Shown here: positions 23,038-40,423 of the stretch, piece after piece | Numbering within the stretch: the first letter of the stretch is position 1 | Layout: every line of letters starts with the position of its first letter | Source: Orbicella franksi | Taxonomy: Eukaryota | Reading direction: 5' to 3' | Length of the DNA: 64,000 nucleotides | Assembly (NCBI GenBank): GCA_964199315.1 | Contig: OZ116712.1 | Location: 20,460,001-20,524,000, forward strand | Program-made: the position numbers and the translations under genes | The notes under the pieces: generated by a model | Told to the model about the DNA's origin: nothing | Databases searched by the model: none | What the model saw: only the letters and a program-made list of their open reading frames with translations

Positions 23038-26000
23038 ATGAACGACGAGGATGATTTATACGACAGCAAACTACTACCGCCCGACACAGATCCAAGTACT
23101 TCGAGATCGGAAATCATCGAGTGTGAGCCGACAAATTCCGAGTTTCCTTCAGCCAAAGATGCCGAGGTTACAGAGAAAGATGTCGGCTGGGCCTGGGTTG
23201 TATGTGGTGCCGCATTCTGCGATTTGTTTGTTGTCCTAGGAATGCACTATACCGTGGGAGTCCTATACGCGGCCTTGCTAGACCACTTCAAAGAATCGAA
23301 AGCAAATACAGGTACAAAGTACATTTGAGATTTGTTGTTTACCGAAGTGAGCTATCAGTACATATTAATATTCTCTCAGATCAATCTGTCCATCTCTCGT
23401 AACTCTTCAATTCGTTTAAATAGCAAGACCGCGAATTTGACTTTAATCCTAGGGGGTAGTTCCAGAAAAGTTGTGTAGGGGTATGTGGCCCACTTCCCAA
23501 AACCCTTGCCCTGTTTATGACCAAAATCGTCGTTTTTTGCTACCCTATTTATGACCTGACCAAAAATTCGATAACCTACTTACGACCGTTACAGCTGATC
23601 CAGTTGCCCTAAACATGACTTATGAAGGGCTTTTGGTGACGGTCTTATTGATAATGATGAAAAAGTAGCTTCTTCTAAGAAACATACTCAATTCAAGACC
23701 AGAGTGCAAAAACCATACCCTATTTATAACCAAAATGGCCAAAATTGATACCCTATTTATGACCAAAAAAGGCTGAAAAACCCTACCCTTGGGGGCCGAA
23801 CATATCTATATAGCCAAAACGGCTGAAAAACCCTACCCCTTGGGGTAGCACATACCTATATAGTCCATATAATGGAGTACCCCCCGGGACTTAAACAAGC
23901 GAGATCGCGCGCGCTGATTTCCCAAATTCCCGCAATTTTATGGTCTTGAATGGAGCTTTGTACTAAGTTTTGACTCCTCAGCCGTCAAAAAATCGTTATC
24001 ATGCGTAGTCAAATTGTGGTTTTTGAGCGCTTACAAAGCATAACGAATTCGGCACTAGTGAAATATTGCTTCATCGCGCAGATTTGCATATGAATTACAT
24101 TCCGTACAGAAACAAACATAACTTTAATGAACAAACTGCTCGTCGCTTTTAAATGGTATCTTTTTGTTTATATCGATATGGTCCGATATCATTGATGCTA
24201 CTTTACACTCTTCGTCCGTTGTTTAGACTTAAACAGAAGAGCTTTTTTTAAAAAAAACATATTTGTCACATAATAGCATTGTTTGACCACGATTCCACTC
24301 TCTTGTTTGGCAGATTTACGTGTATGCTAATACAAAAAAAATATATAAACGGACATGAATCACGTAAGGCCAAGGTTAGCGTGTTCGAAGTCGCATCAGA
24401 CAATAAGCAAAGTGTAGGCTCACAAAAAGGGACGCATTTCCGTCGGCTGAATTGAAGTCCCGAAGCAAAGGTCAACAGCATTGATGACAACTGAAGATAT
24501 ATATCCGGCAGTCCGAGGGCGGGGAGATGAGAACCTGGGAACGAGGTAGATATATCCGTAGATTTTTCTTCTGTTTATCGTCTAGTAGACGACTGCGCTG
24601 AATTATAGTTGGTTTTCCGACAGTTTTGTTACAAAAGGTGAAAAGGCGGGATTTTTCATTTACATGCCCACAGTTTTTGGAAAAACACTTATATTACTTG
24701 ACAATTGGGTATGTTTTGCACTTCAAACTGTCATCATGCATCACTGAATACGAGTGCGATTTCTAATACCTGGCATTCAGTCAAGGAGGCTCCTTGGATT
24801 CAGTGGAGCCTAACTAAACCTGCGATCAGGCGTTTCCCGTTCGCCGAAAAAAAGAAAAGAACGCCTGATCGCAGGGGAAGTAATGCCGGAAACCACGAGC
24901 AAGTGAAACACTGGTATTATCAACCTAAAGTTAATAATTTAAATATCTTAAATGACCTTTTGAACGAAACGCTAGTATTTTGAGCTGTCAAAGTGTCTTG
25001 GGGTACACTCAAAGAAAAAAAATAATAATAGAAGTAGAGAAACGCTCTCATTTCCGTTTTTTGGGATCAATTTCTGCCGGCGCCGGTCTCTCGAGTCCGG
25101 TCTCCCAGCGCTTACTTGTAACCTACGTAGACTTGTTTTGGCCCTACTTTATTTAGGTTTTTTTTTCTTTTTCGTCATTTCCGCCACTCCCTTTAGTTTC
25201 GAAGTATGTATTACGACATCCACCATTATATAATATTGTAATTTCATTTTTATAATAAAGTAACATCTAAACCTGAAGAAGGTTGGTCTGGTCAGCCGAA
25301 ATATTGTTTTACTAAATATACCACTTTCTGTCAGCTTTGCAGTGGTCTTTGACTTCTCATCGTTTTACTTTTCAAGTTTGGCTGATTAGATCTCCTGTGA
25401 GATCTAACGTTCAATCAAGCGGGATCTTCGTTCACGGCTTTGCAGTTTATTTAGTTTCGACCTTTTCCTGAACAGCAGCTGGTAATCGAACCTATTCCGT
25501 TTAAAGTGGTATCTTTTTAGTTAACAGGGATCAAAATGAAGCTGAGCCACGCTCAGATTCGTCTCCTTTAGGGGTAGCATCCCCGACCTTTTCATATGGG
25601 AGCCCGACCCCCAAATCCAACCCCCCACCCCTCCCCTACCCGGGCTTCTTACCTTTGAGGGATGATTCAAACCTTCGTTCCCCTAATTGTCTTTTCAAAC
25701 CATTAGCAACTAATCTTTACTGATCATAGTTCTAAATTTATCTGGTATTTTTTCCACAGCATGGGTGGGTTCCATCGCGCAATTTTGTCTCTTCTTCTTC
25801 TGCTATCCCGGCAGCCTCTTGAGCGAGCGGTTTGGCTGTAGACGTGTTGTAATCGTTGGAGGTCTGATAACCAGCCTAGGTCTTTTACTGTCGTCCTTCG
25901 CGAACAGTTTAACGCAAATTTATCTCACGCACGGTGTCATCGTTGGATTTGGCACAAGTATCAGCTATCTGCCAGCGCTTGTTATGGTGGCGTACTATTT

Positions 26001-28536
26001 CGACAAGAAGCGATCTTATGCTACTGGAGTAGCGACATCTGGTAGTAACTTAGGAGCTCTCGGACTCGCGCCGCTGCAGCAGGTCGTCGTGGACTCGTTT
26101 GGTTGGAGAAACTGCTATCGATTTTTGAGCGGGCTCGCTCTTTTAATATCTATTTGTGGGGTGCTGTTTAAGCCCTTGGAGGAGAAAAAGACTGGTAAAC
26201 ACAAATTCGCCAAGAATTCCGAGATAATCGAGGCAAAGTCTTTGAAGAAAAGGGGTTTAAGTTTCCCAAGAAATAATTGGTTCATTATCTGGGCTGTAGC
26301 TTCGACTATCGCAACGTTTGGCTATTTTATTCCACATGTTCATTTGGTAAGTTGGTATTCTCTTATTCATTAGAGCCATTGTCAATATCGAGTGTCATTA
26401 AAACCAAAAGCAAAGAAACCATGATTGCATATTTACTGGTGTAGCTTACAAGCTCAACTTCATCCTCAAATTTGACCAGCGTCCATGGTTGCAAATCGCT
26501 AAAGGACTGGAAGCCTTTTTGTTCATTTATACCTAGTTCCGACCTTTCTTATACTAGTTCCTGTACGGCTTTACGGCTCCCTGGACCTCGTGATCAGAAA
26601 ACAATTGACCGCAGAGAAATATCTAGGAACTAGGCAAGTCCTGGCCGGCTCTGATTGACCCGGAGCAAGAGAATAGTGAGACTTACCGACTCCTCATTCC
26701 TATCAGGCTATGCCACTAACTCAATCATTTCCCGCTATATATTTTTGCTACTATTGATAACCTGCGTAGCAAGTGTTCCCGCATGAAGAGCTTTTTCGCA
26801 TTCTAGCCGCGCGTAAATTGGGACGAGAGCAAAAAATTGCCCCAATATACCTCGTTGATTTTTTGCTGTCACTCCAATTTACGCGCAGCCAGAATGCAGA
26901 TCGAAGCTCTTCGAACGGGAACGCTTGCAACACAGGCTATATCACTGAGTACAATATTTGCCATCAAGCGAGAAAACTCTCAACTGTGTAGGCTTCATAT
27001 AACATTTCTCTTTATAAATCAGTTCATATTTTCACCTGGTTTGCTCTTGGTTTCGTTTCAGGTACGTTACGCTGAAGAGATGGGCTCTTCGCATCGCGAC
27101 GGCTCGCTCTTGCTTTCTTACATAGGGATTGGCTCCGGTGTAGGAAAGATTATTTTCGGAAAAATCTCAGATCTTCCTTTTGTAGATACTTTGCGATTGT
27201 ACAATTTCTGCATGGTTCTTTCCGGGCTCTCGCCTTTACTGGCTATCTTTGCAACAGGATATCATATGCTTGTAGTGTATGTGGTTGTCCTTGGTCTTTT
27301 GGATGGCTGTATTATCGGGCTTATGTCCATTGTTACGTTCGAATGTACAGACCGTGACAAGATGTCCGAAGCCTGGGGAGGAGTCCTAATGATTCAGTCC
27401 TTTTCAATGCTACTCGGAGCTCCCGCGGCAGGTGAAAATAAAATTTTGATTTTAAAAGAGCTACGTCACGGTTTTCGCATCTTGAAAAGTTTAGGCTAAT
27501 TTCTTTCAATTCCTTAGTTTGTAATCCGTGTTATTCATCTTCATCCTTTGCCATCCTTGTTCCTTTCTGGTTTATTATTATCTCATCGGTGTTTTTCTAT
27601 CTTTGTAAAATACTATTTTCAGTTTCCTTCTTTTTAAAGGTGATTTTGTTGGTGGTCCAGATGACTGCAAATACCTTGACTGAGCTCCTTTAACTTAACC
27701 CAGTCAGCCTTCCTAGGTTGTAAAGCTTGCTCGTACGTTCACACTGGCGATTTTTCTTGTAATTTCTGTCGCGAATTTCAGTGCAAATTTTGTTCCGCTA
27801 AGGTTGCACTTTAAATCGGGCTTGCAAACCGGCTTTGATGTCAGAGCGGTTCGGTCATGATCAGTACAGCGTGAAATCGCCAGAGATTTTGAACTTACCA
27901 TCATCCTTTTTCTTTCTAAGAGTTGTGTAAATGCTCTTAAACAACACTTATCGCATTTTATTGAAGTTCTTTAGATGATGCGCTCAAGACGTTCACAGAT
28001 CATGGTAATTGCAGCGCAATTGAAGGGAAAATCACGACAAAAATTGCACCAAAAATCACCTGCGTAAACAGGCCTTAAATGGGTCATGGGTCTTAAAAGC
28101 AGTTGATCTAGAAGTTTAATTTGTTCAAATGAAGGGAGGAGGGGGGCGGGTAGGAACACGGGAGTAAACGGGGCAGGAAGTCTACGGGAGACGGGAAGTT
28201 CAGACCCACCCGCCCCCGCTGTTCCCATTAATCACAAAGTAGAAAAAAAAACCTTTAAACACATAGAAAAAGAACTTGTAAAGCATCTGAATCTCCATTG
28301 TTAATGCTCGCGATTTTGCTTTTGCTTCTCTTGCAGGGTGGTTAGGTGAAGTGACAGGACACTATCGCAATTTGTTTTTTCTCGCTGGTGTACCGACCGT
28401 CACTGGAGCTTTCATATTTTCTTTGATACATTGCGTGAAGGACCCGTTGATCGAGAGTCAGCAAAAAAGAGCCCTTATTGTTCCTGATCAAGAAAAAGAA
28501 ATTATATTCGTGTATGACAGGTTAACAGTGGTGTAA
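23038..28536 (+). CDS. SLC16 (MFS monocarboxylate transporter family) protein, MCT8/MCT10-like, 476 aa
   Basis: Exons 23038-23311, 25760-26346, 27062-27431, 28337-28536 (1431 nt, in frame, GT-AG). Acidic N-tail; TM1 motif DVGWAWVVC; ERFGCR loop; YFDKKRSYATGVATSGS; GVGKIIFGKISD; GLLDGCI. Confidence 0.92.
23448..23888. mobile_element. MITE-like element with internal tandem subrepeats, in SLC16 intron 1
   Basis: Imperfect inverted ends cctagggggtagttcc / ggagtaccccccggg. Repeated accctatttatgaccaaaa and ggctgaaaaaccctaccc units. Confidence 0.65.
26758..26939. mobile_element. Short MITE in SLC16 intron 2
   Basis: TIRs taacctgcgtagcaagtgttccc / gggaacgcttgcaacacaggcta. Confidence 0.7.
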
Positions 28537-29308
28537 AATAGATCAGTAACTATTTAGTTCGTTTTCTACAGCACTTCGCTATACTGCACTGAATTTAATT
28601 TCTGCCGTTTGTCAATCTGAACGAGAGATCACAAACCGGCTGTACTCTACAATACCATTGATATTGTGAGGTTTTTTGTAGAAACCAGGGCAGTTTTTTT
28701 CCTGGTGGTAGCTATGGCAAGTGATAAATAGAAAAAAATAATAACTAAATCGTTAGCCTTGAGGAAGGACAGTTTTGTAGAATCGAATTACGGGAAAGAT
28801 TTAAGATGGAGGCAAGTGGAAAGTGCGAGTCACGCGCATATCACGAGCGACCAGCACTGTCTGACTCATAGCTATATTGTACCCAGGTAGTGCAACTTTT
28901 AATATCTATATATTTTCCGGCAAGAGTATTTATTTTTGTTTATTGGATATTTACAGCTTGCACGACTATATATACACAGCCGGGTTGTAAAATTTAGTGA
29001 ATTTATACTCTTTATAATTTAGGACTATTCTTAAGGGAATTCGGAATGTCATCATATTTTGTAGAAATGAAAGAGAGTAAATAATTTTGTAAAATAAATA
29101 AAATTGTGCTATTTTCATAGTTCATCTTTCTTGCATTTAATTTGTATTTATCACTTAAGTCTTGTAAGGCTATGTAGCGTATTTTTTTGTGCTTGGATGA
29201 TCTTTGTACAATACGTACTCGCCACAATGTGTTAATTCATTCTTTTGCCAGAGTTCTTTTGCGGTGTACTATAAACTGAAGGGAATCTTCCAAATTTTAG
29301 CACACTTA

Positions 29309-29682
29309 GGCAGCGTCCATATTACGCCGGAGAAATTTGGAAACGGAGCTGTGTTTCTCCGGTTAGACCTACCGTCCACACTAATCCGTCACGAAAACGG
29401 AGCTTTTTGGAAACGCTCTTCAAACCGGAGGAATTCGAAAACGTTGGCTTTTTGTTTTCGCGTAGACGGAAAACATTTTGAAAACGGAGCTTTTCGAAGG
29501 CGATGGCGTTCCGACAATCGCATGATTTTTCTGACCGAGTTTTCGTCAAACACAAATCCAAAATGACCGGTGATTGTTGCATTTTTAAATTCAGAAGGCG
29601 TAGTGTGAACGAAAAACATTTGATGAGTTTTCAGAGTGAAACTTCCGTTTTCAAATTCTCCTGGCCTAGTGTGGACGAGGTC
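29309..29682 (+). mobile_element. PIF/Harbinger-type MITE, copy 1
   Basis: TTA target duplication on both sides (29306-29308, 29683-29685). TIR ggcagcgtccatatta / tagtgtggacgaggtc. Body is shared with 42966-43328 and 46350-46726. Confidence 0.8.
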
Positions 29683-30346
29683 TTAGGTGAAACATACAAA
29701 ACTACCATTGATGATAAACCAAAAGGAAACAAGGGCAAGGATGATAAAGACTAGAAGACTGATGTATTACGTGAAAGAACAAAGGTTCTCCCTTTTGATC
29801 ACACAATCACGCTAAGTTTGTTTTCGGTCTCGTGACTACGCGCCTGCGCCATATGACACCCACATCGAGCTGATCTTGTCAAAAACGCGCTTTAGGCAAG
29901 TATCGATCCCCTTCTTCTTCCACCCCTTGGTTTAAGATTAAAGAACAATTGATTCTAGGTATTTCTGGGTTAACTCCACTATAGAAGTGGAAAGAAGCTT
30001 TCCCTCTCTCTCCACCAGCCTCCCCACACTCGCCTCCCACCACTCCCCACGCAACAAATTTTGTCGATCCAGTCCCTTTTCTCGCCCAGAATTGCGCCTG
30101 GCAACATTCGACCTCAACCGCACAGTTGTCACTGGGTTAACCATATCACTGCCGTATTGTGCACTGTAAAAAATGTGGTTGTCTTGTGGTTGTCTTGCAA
30201 TGTAAATGTTGTTTAATTCACTGACCGCCTAGTATAACTGGCTTCAGAATGCAAGTGTTGTATTTACAGGATGAAAACATCAGAAATACTTGGAACCAAG
30301 AGTGACTGTCGCGTTGCACTGCTCCCTCTGAACTAAATCCTCACCT

Positions 30347-33300
30347 ATGAACCTAACCGAGCTGCCGTTGGAACTGATAGACGAAATACTGAAGCGTCTA
30401 GATGCGATTTCTCTCGCTAAATCTCGGCAGGTTTGCCGTTCATGGCTGTCTTTACACTCGCAGCCGAAATACAAGCTACTTTGGAGACGGGCTTGCTTCA
30501 GAGATATTCCTGGGGATGTTTTGATCGAATTAACTGGAAGTGGATATATTGACGAAACACCAGGCAGACTAAGTGACTCTGCAGAGAATATTCAAGTAGA
30601 AAACAGTAGTATTGACTGGAAAGCTATTTATCAGAAGTGGTTTAGAAGCCGCCATATTAGAAAATGGCCTTCCATGATAACAGGACTTAAGGGTCACAGA
30701 GGTGTGCAAACAGGAAGTTATCATTTTCTCCGGGTTGTTTCTACTGAATGGTAGACTGATGCTCAGTTATGACACAAGGTGTTTTGGTGCACCTGTAATC
30801 TCTCCCCTGCCCCCCTCCCCCGAAACACCCATGGATCCTAACTCTTAGCTACTCTTGGAAGGCACTCTAAAATAATTGCTATTCATGCGCTGATAGTAGC
30901 TGAGTAATTATAAACAATAATAATGGATGGAACTCTTTGGGATATCAGCTGATAACACTTACGTCACCCATGATTATTCTGGATATCCCAAGAACTTCAT
31001 CCAATAATAACGTGTATCCATGGCAGTGTAGTGATTTATGCAACAATACTGTTGATTGTGGTGAAAAAATTAACAGCATGTTATCTTTGGTGTGTAGGGC
31101 CAGTTTGGGATGTGAAATTCTCAGGTGCAGACCGAGTTGTAACTTGTGGAGATGATGGCACCATTCGCATATGGGACAGCTGGTCAAGTCATTGTATTGC
31201 AGTTCTTTCAGGGCATCTGGATGCTGTTCTCTCAATCTCTCTGAGGCAGATAACAGGTTTATGTAGATTCTTGAAAAACCTAAGGCTTGTAATAATAGGT
31301 AACCAAGTGTTAATCCCAGTTAATGTTAGTACAAAGTTATTTTTTAATTGTAAGTTGTTATTGTATTTATTGTGTTTATTTGTTTTTGCACTTCAATGAA
31401 CTGAGACAAAATTGAGGTCCATAATCATGTGCAAAAGAAGAGCAAGGCCAATATCCAGCCATCTTTACCGAATAAGATTGGTCACAATGAAAGGATCTCT
31501 TATACTGTTATAGAGAATAGAAAACTCCATTTTTCCCACAGCACATAGTGCACAATCTTAAGAGGGTAACCAAAGATACCTCTATTTTGCCCACTCAGAT
31601 AGCCAATCGCAATGCAGGATTTGATTCACCTTGCCTAGTCACAGAGTGTCAGTCAAGACGCATACAAAGCCACTTAATATTTTGAGTTACAGACAAGCGG
31701 TTTATGTGTTGATGAGTCAGAGTTGATATATTTAACTTCGTAATTCCAATTCATACTTTCTTTTTGTTACTTTTTTACATAGGTATTTCACTCAACACAG
31801 ATATCCCCCATGATCTCATTGTATCAGGCTCCAAGGACTGCTCAGTTAAAGTTTGGAACATGAAGAAACCAAATACCACAGCAGCTCTAACATGCCATGG
31901 CCATACTGCTTGTGTTAATTGTGTCGCTGTCATAGAGACTATTGCTGCCTCTGCATCTGATGACTGTTCTGTTAGAGTCTGGGATATTGTTACAGTTTGG
32001 TTGACTTTTTGTCTCTTAGTAGTGAAGCAATCTTTTGAAAGTTTAAAGTGGTAGCTAGTGTCTTTGTATTTAATTTTGTATTTCCCAGGGCTTGAAAAAA
32101 CCTGGAATTCTAGCTTGCCCTTCAGACAAGAGCTCTCAAATTTTGCTTGCCCTGGGCAAGTCTTATTTTTTTTGTTTAGTTGAAAGACAACTTGCCCCTG
32201 GAGGCCCTTGCCCATTGGGAAGGTGTTAGTCCAGGACAACTGGATGGCACTTTTTTCAAGCCCCACTTTCCTTGGTCGACAAAAAAAATGTAGTTGATGT
32301 AAAATATTTCAGAATTGAGAAGTGATTCTATCTGAAAGTTTTCACCATTTTAACTTCTAGGGTCATTGTATTCACACATTGTGTAACCTAGGTGACTGGG
32401 TGAAGTATGTGAGGCTTTGGCAACATGATACACTACTTTATGTTACTGATAACACTCAGTTGGGTTTGTGGTGAGTAACAAGGTAGATAGGTCAGATTTG
32501 AGAACAGGGCATCAAAACTTTCTACTGGGCTTAAGGTGCCATTTTTCTGGAAGGCCTGTAGCCTGCATAGCTGGCGGGATTCATGAGTCAGTGATTTTTG
32601 ATGGCAGAGCCCCTATTTTAGGGAATTCATGAGTGGCAAAGCCAAAAGTGAAATTCCCAAATTCAACTCAACTTGAATCACTAATACTCTCACAGCTTCA
32701 CCACTTGTATTCATGGCTTCGCTGCCAAAACCAAAGCAAATCAAGCAAAGGTCTGGGGACAAAATTTCTGTCTGTTTTACCACATTGAAATGTTGTTTTG
32801 ATTAAGATTTGCAGATTTGCAGATTTAATTTTCTCTAAGAAGTGGGGATCATGTGGCTGCCTGGACACCCATCCTTGCAAGCTGTTTTATGACTGTCATG
32901 TCAAGTACTAGGACACCCATCCCCCTCTTTTGACACACACCATCTAGAATTTAAATGCACCGTTCACTCTACTGTAGATATTAAAACTATTAATGCACCA
33001 TTACCCTAATAACTTTACAGGTCCATTAAACATGGGGAGCTTCTATCATCTCTTAAACTAGCAGATACAAGAGGTCAGGGCTACTTTCCAATGACTCCTG
33101 GAGTTCAAGGTGCTGTTCTCAGGGGAAAAACAGCTTTGGTCTTGACTCACTCTAAAGGACTCTTTGCATGGTGTGTAACATTCATAATTTCTTGCTCTTT
33201 TGTCTTTTGGATCAGGCACTTTCCCACATTAGCTAACAAATTATTCCAAGCAACACATAACATTTTTTTTCATCTTCTGCTCTCTAGGGAGAATAAATCT

Positions 33301-34156
33301 GATGGCAGCAACATTGTTCACAACTTCTCTTTGATTGGTCCACATTCTAACCGTGTTCAACGAGGAGAATGTTTGGCCATGCATGGAGCATTGGCTGCCA
33401 TAGGAACTCGTTCTGGAGCAGTATATGTGTATCATCTTGAAGGAAACTGGGAAAATCAGGTGGGCAACTGCTGGTAAAAGTCAAGCCGTATGTATTAATG
33501 ACAACATCCCCCCAAGTTGAACCACATTACTCAACAGGATGCACAACAGCTGGCTGTTAGGAAAACAGATCTATAAGAAAGCATCCAACAGTCGGAACAG
33601 GGTGGATCAAAATGCACAAATAGCGGCAAACCAACATGTCATCCTACAAAAAGTGATATGCAAACAATCAACCTCAATGCATGCTGAAGATGGGTACAAT
33701 TGCAGTCATAATGCAGCAATCAGCACCTCGAAGTGACATTCATTGTGAGACAAACAAATTGACCGTTATCTCCTGTCATAGAAAATGGTTGGAACCCAGG
33801 GGTATCAGTAGTTCATGTAGTGTGATCATTTGGGTGAGGGTAGTCCTGAAAAGAAATGCTATTGGTGACTGGTGTTTCTCAAAACAAAAGTCACCTTCAG
33901 AGTCAAGTGAATGCTGTTTTTCAGTTGGTGGTATTATAAATCTGGTCCTGTAATTTCCTTCGTGAACCAAAATGAACACTGACCACACAATACATTATTT
34001 CTGTTTCAGTTCACCAAGGTTCACCATGTGCTGCATGGATATCATGATCCTGTCAATGCAGTTTGTCTTGATGATGATGGCGAAGGTCCTTCCCTTGTCA
34101 CTGGAGGTGATGATGGCATCATCAGGATTTATCGCTGGTTCCCACCTAGCATTTAG
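30347..34156 (+). CDS. F-box/WD40-repeat protein (SCF substrate adaptor), about 434 aa
   Basis: F-box LTELPLELIDEILKRLDAISLAKSRQVCRSW. WD repeats GHRGPVWDVKF...VTCGDDGTIRIWD, GHLDAVLSI...VSGSKDCSVKVWN, GHTACVNCV...ASASDDCSVRVWD, GYHDPVNAV...VTGGDDGIIRIY. Exons 30347-30701, 31098-31256, 31783-31994, 32361-32470, 33021-33170, 33288-33459, 34010-34156 join in frame (1305 nt). An extra exon between 33459 and 34010 cannot be excluded. Confidence 0.85.
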
Positions 34157-35318
34157 GTTCAAGGCACAAGACTGAACTCTCTTGCTGTAGCTGATTAAAT
34201 AACTTCTTTTCCTTTGCTACTGAAGGAAAAGATCTTGAGCTGTTTGAGTCAGGGTTGAACCTTAAATCTTATGTTCAAATGTACCATGCTTCAGCTGATC
34301 ATGAAAAGGTTAATTTTACTTATTAGCAAGACAATGTTTACCAAAGATACTTAGCTTAAGAAATGGCGAGTTCCAATGATTTTGGTGTGTTATTTCTGCC
34401 CCAATTGGAAACACGCAGCAATAATTTATAACATAACTTAAAATCTCTAACGACAGGTTACAGTTCTTCATTTCACATCAGTTGTAAGAAAGTAGCTGGC
34501 TGTGGTTGTTGTTTATCGATTAAAATCATAAGATATCACAGCAGAACAAATTTATTTTTAAAGACATGTTAAGATTTGTCTATGGTTATTAAGACCAATC
34601 AATCAAATTACTTTATGTGCAGTAAAAGCAACAGTTTTGTATATTTGTTCCAATAATTATATTAGCATACAATAAACAGACAAGTTCTTCTCTATCGGCA
34701 AATACTGTCGGTAACTACTGACCTAAAGCTGTTTAATAAAACATGCAAATCATTCTTTATAATACTGGTGTATAATATGTACTGGTGTGACTGTACAATG
34801 TACTTCTATTATGTGCTGGGACTCAATTAGCAAGTACTGCTATACATGACAAGAAAATTCCTGATTTTACTCTGGGTGTTATCTTATCTTAACTTATCTT
34901 CAGCCCATCAAATTTACTACTGACAGTGTTTATTCTAGAAAATATCCCTACCTCCCCAACAGAAGGGACTTTTTCCAAGACACCCCATCCCTCAGGAGAT
35001 TCTAATTAAGGTTCATACATTTCTTTAAATTTTTTGATCTTAGAGAACCCCCACCCCCAGAAAATTCCTATATCTTCTGTGAGGGGATATGGATATTTTC
35101 TGCAACTGCACATTGTGGTGGGTGGCATTAAAGAATCCACAGTTCTGTGTAAGCCATGTATTCAAGATAAACAAGTCTCTTTGTTATTGGAAGACACATT
35201 TTACTATCAATGAGTAGTAAAATTGATTAACAGTACAGCTCTTATTTCACTCAACTGTAGCCTGTAGCCAGTTATTTGGTGCAAAAACTGCATTAAACTA
35301 ATTCTGAAGCAAATTAGT

Positions 35319-35507
35319 AATAGGCCATTTGCAAGTTGCCTTTTGCCTCTGTGTCAAAACGAGTCTAAGTGTGAAACCATTCATATGAAAATGAGTTCCG
35401 CCTACAGGTTCATTTTCATGCAAATCAAAGTCATTTTCATAAGGATAGTTTTGCACTTAGACTCGTTTTAAAACAGAAGTGCAAGGGAACTCAGAAAATG
35501 GCCTATT
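35319..35507. mobile_element. MITE, 189 bp, in the presumed TMEM50 3' UTR
   Basis: Perfect 12-bp TIR aataggccattt / aaatggcctatt. Confidence 0.75.
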
Positions 35508-35678
35508 ATCGGGATATTTGCCAATTTAGAATGAAAACCAAATCCCTGGCCCTTTCTTACCAAATACTGTACAAAAACTTAAATACTTAAAAAAATCTGC
35601 TCCAGAACTAATTGACAAAATGTCCTGTAGCATCTGTCAGATTTAAATTTCACTAAGAACTCAAAACCAAATAATGTT

Positions 35679-40145
<4,467 letters not shown>

Positions 40146-40423
40146 GATGGCTAGTTGTGTCTAGAATAATACAGAGAAAAATTGCCCTACATTTACACTC
40201 CTTTCCTAGTAGTGTACGTAAAGGTTATTTATGTCGATGCTTGTTCCTTCCCAGCAGACTTCAAGAAACTAGACTTGGTAGCCACGCTATTTCCTACTTG
40301 GTAACCACTCCAATTAGTCAGCAACCGCCATCTTGGTTTTGGTGGTGTGCTCGTGTAACAAAAGACTTTTCAAGAGGAAAAAAAAGTTCCCTAAGTCGAG
40401 GGAACGCTTACAGAAGAAGAAAA
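40146..40423. promoter_or_regulatory. Bidirectional promoter/5' UTR interval between TMEM50 and PSMB3 (278 bp between ATGs)
   Basis: Divergent start codons at 40145 (-) and 40424 (+). YY1-like CCGCCATCTT at 40325-40334, preceded by ARE/MARE-like TTAGTCAGCA at 40314-40323. Confidence 0.7.

Noticed and set aside
29204-29754. Four overlapping 76-120 aa ORFs
   Set aside because: They fall within the Harbinger-type MITE, and similar ORFs recur at the other copies. No transposase motifs are present.
40157-40423. 89-aa N-terminal extension of PSMB3 in the ORF track
   Set aside because: It begins at a non-ATG codon and spans the shared promoter. The conserved PSMB3 N-terminus MSIMEYNG starts at ATG 40424.
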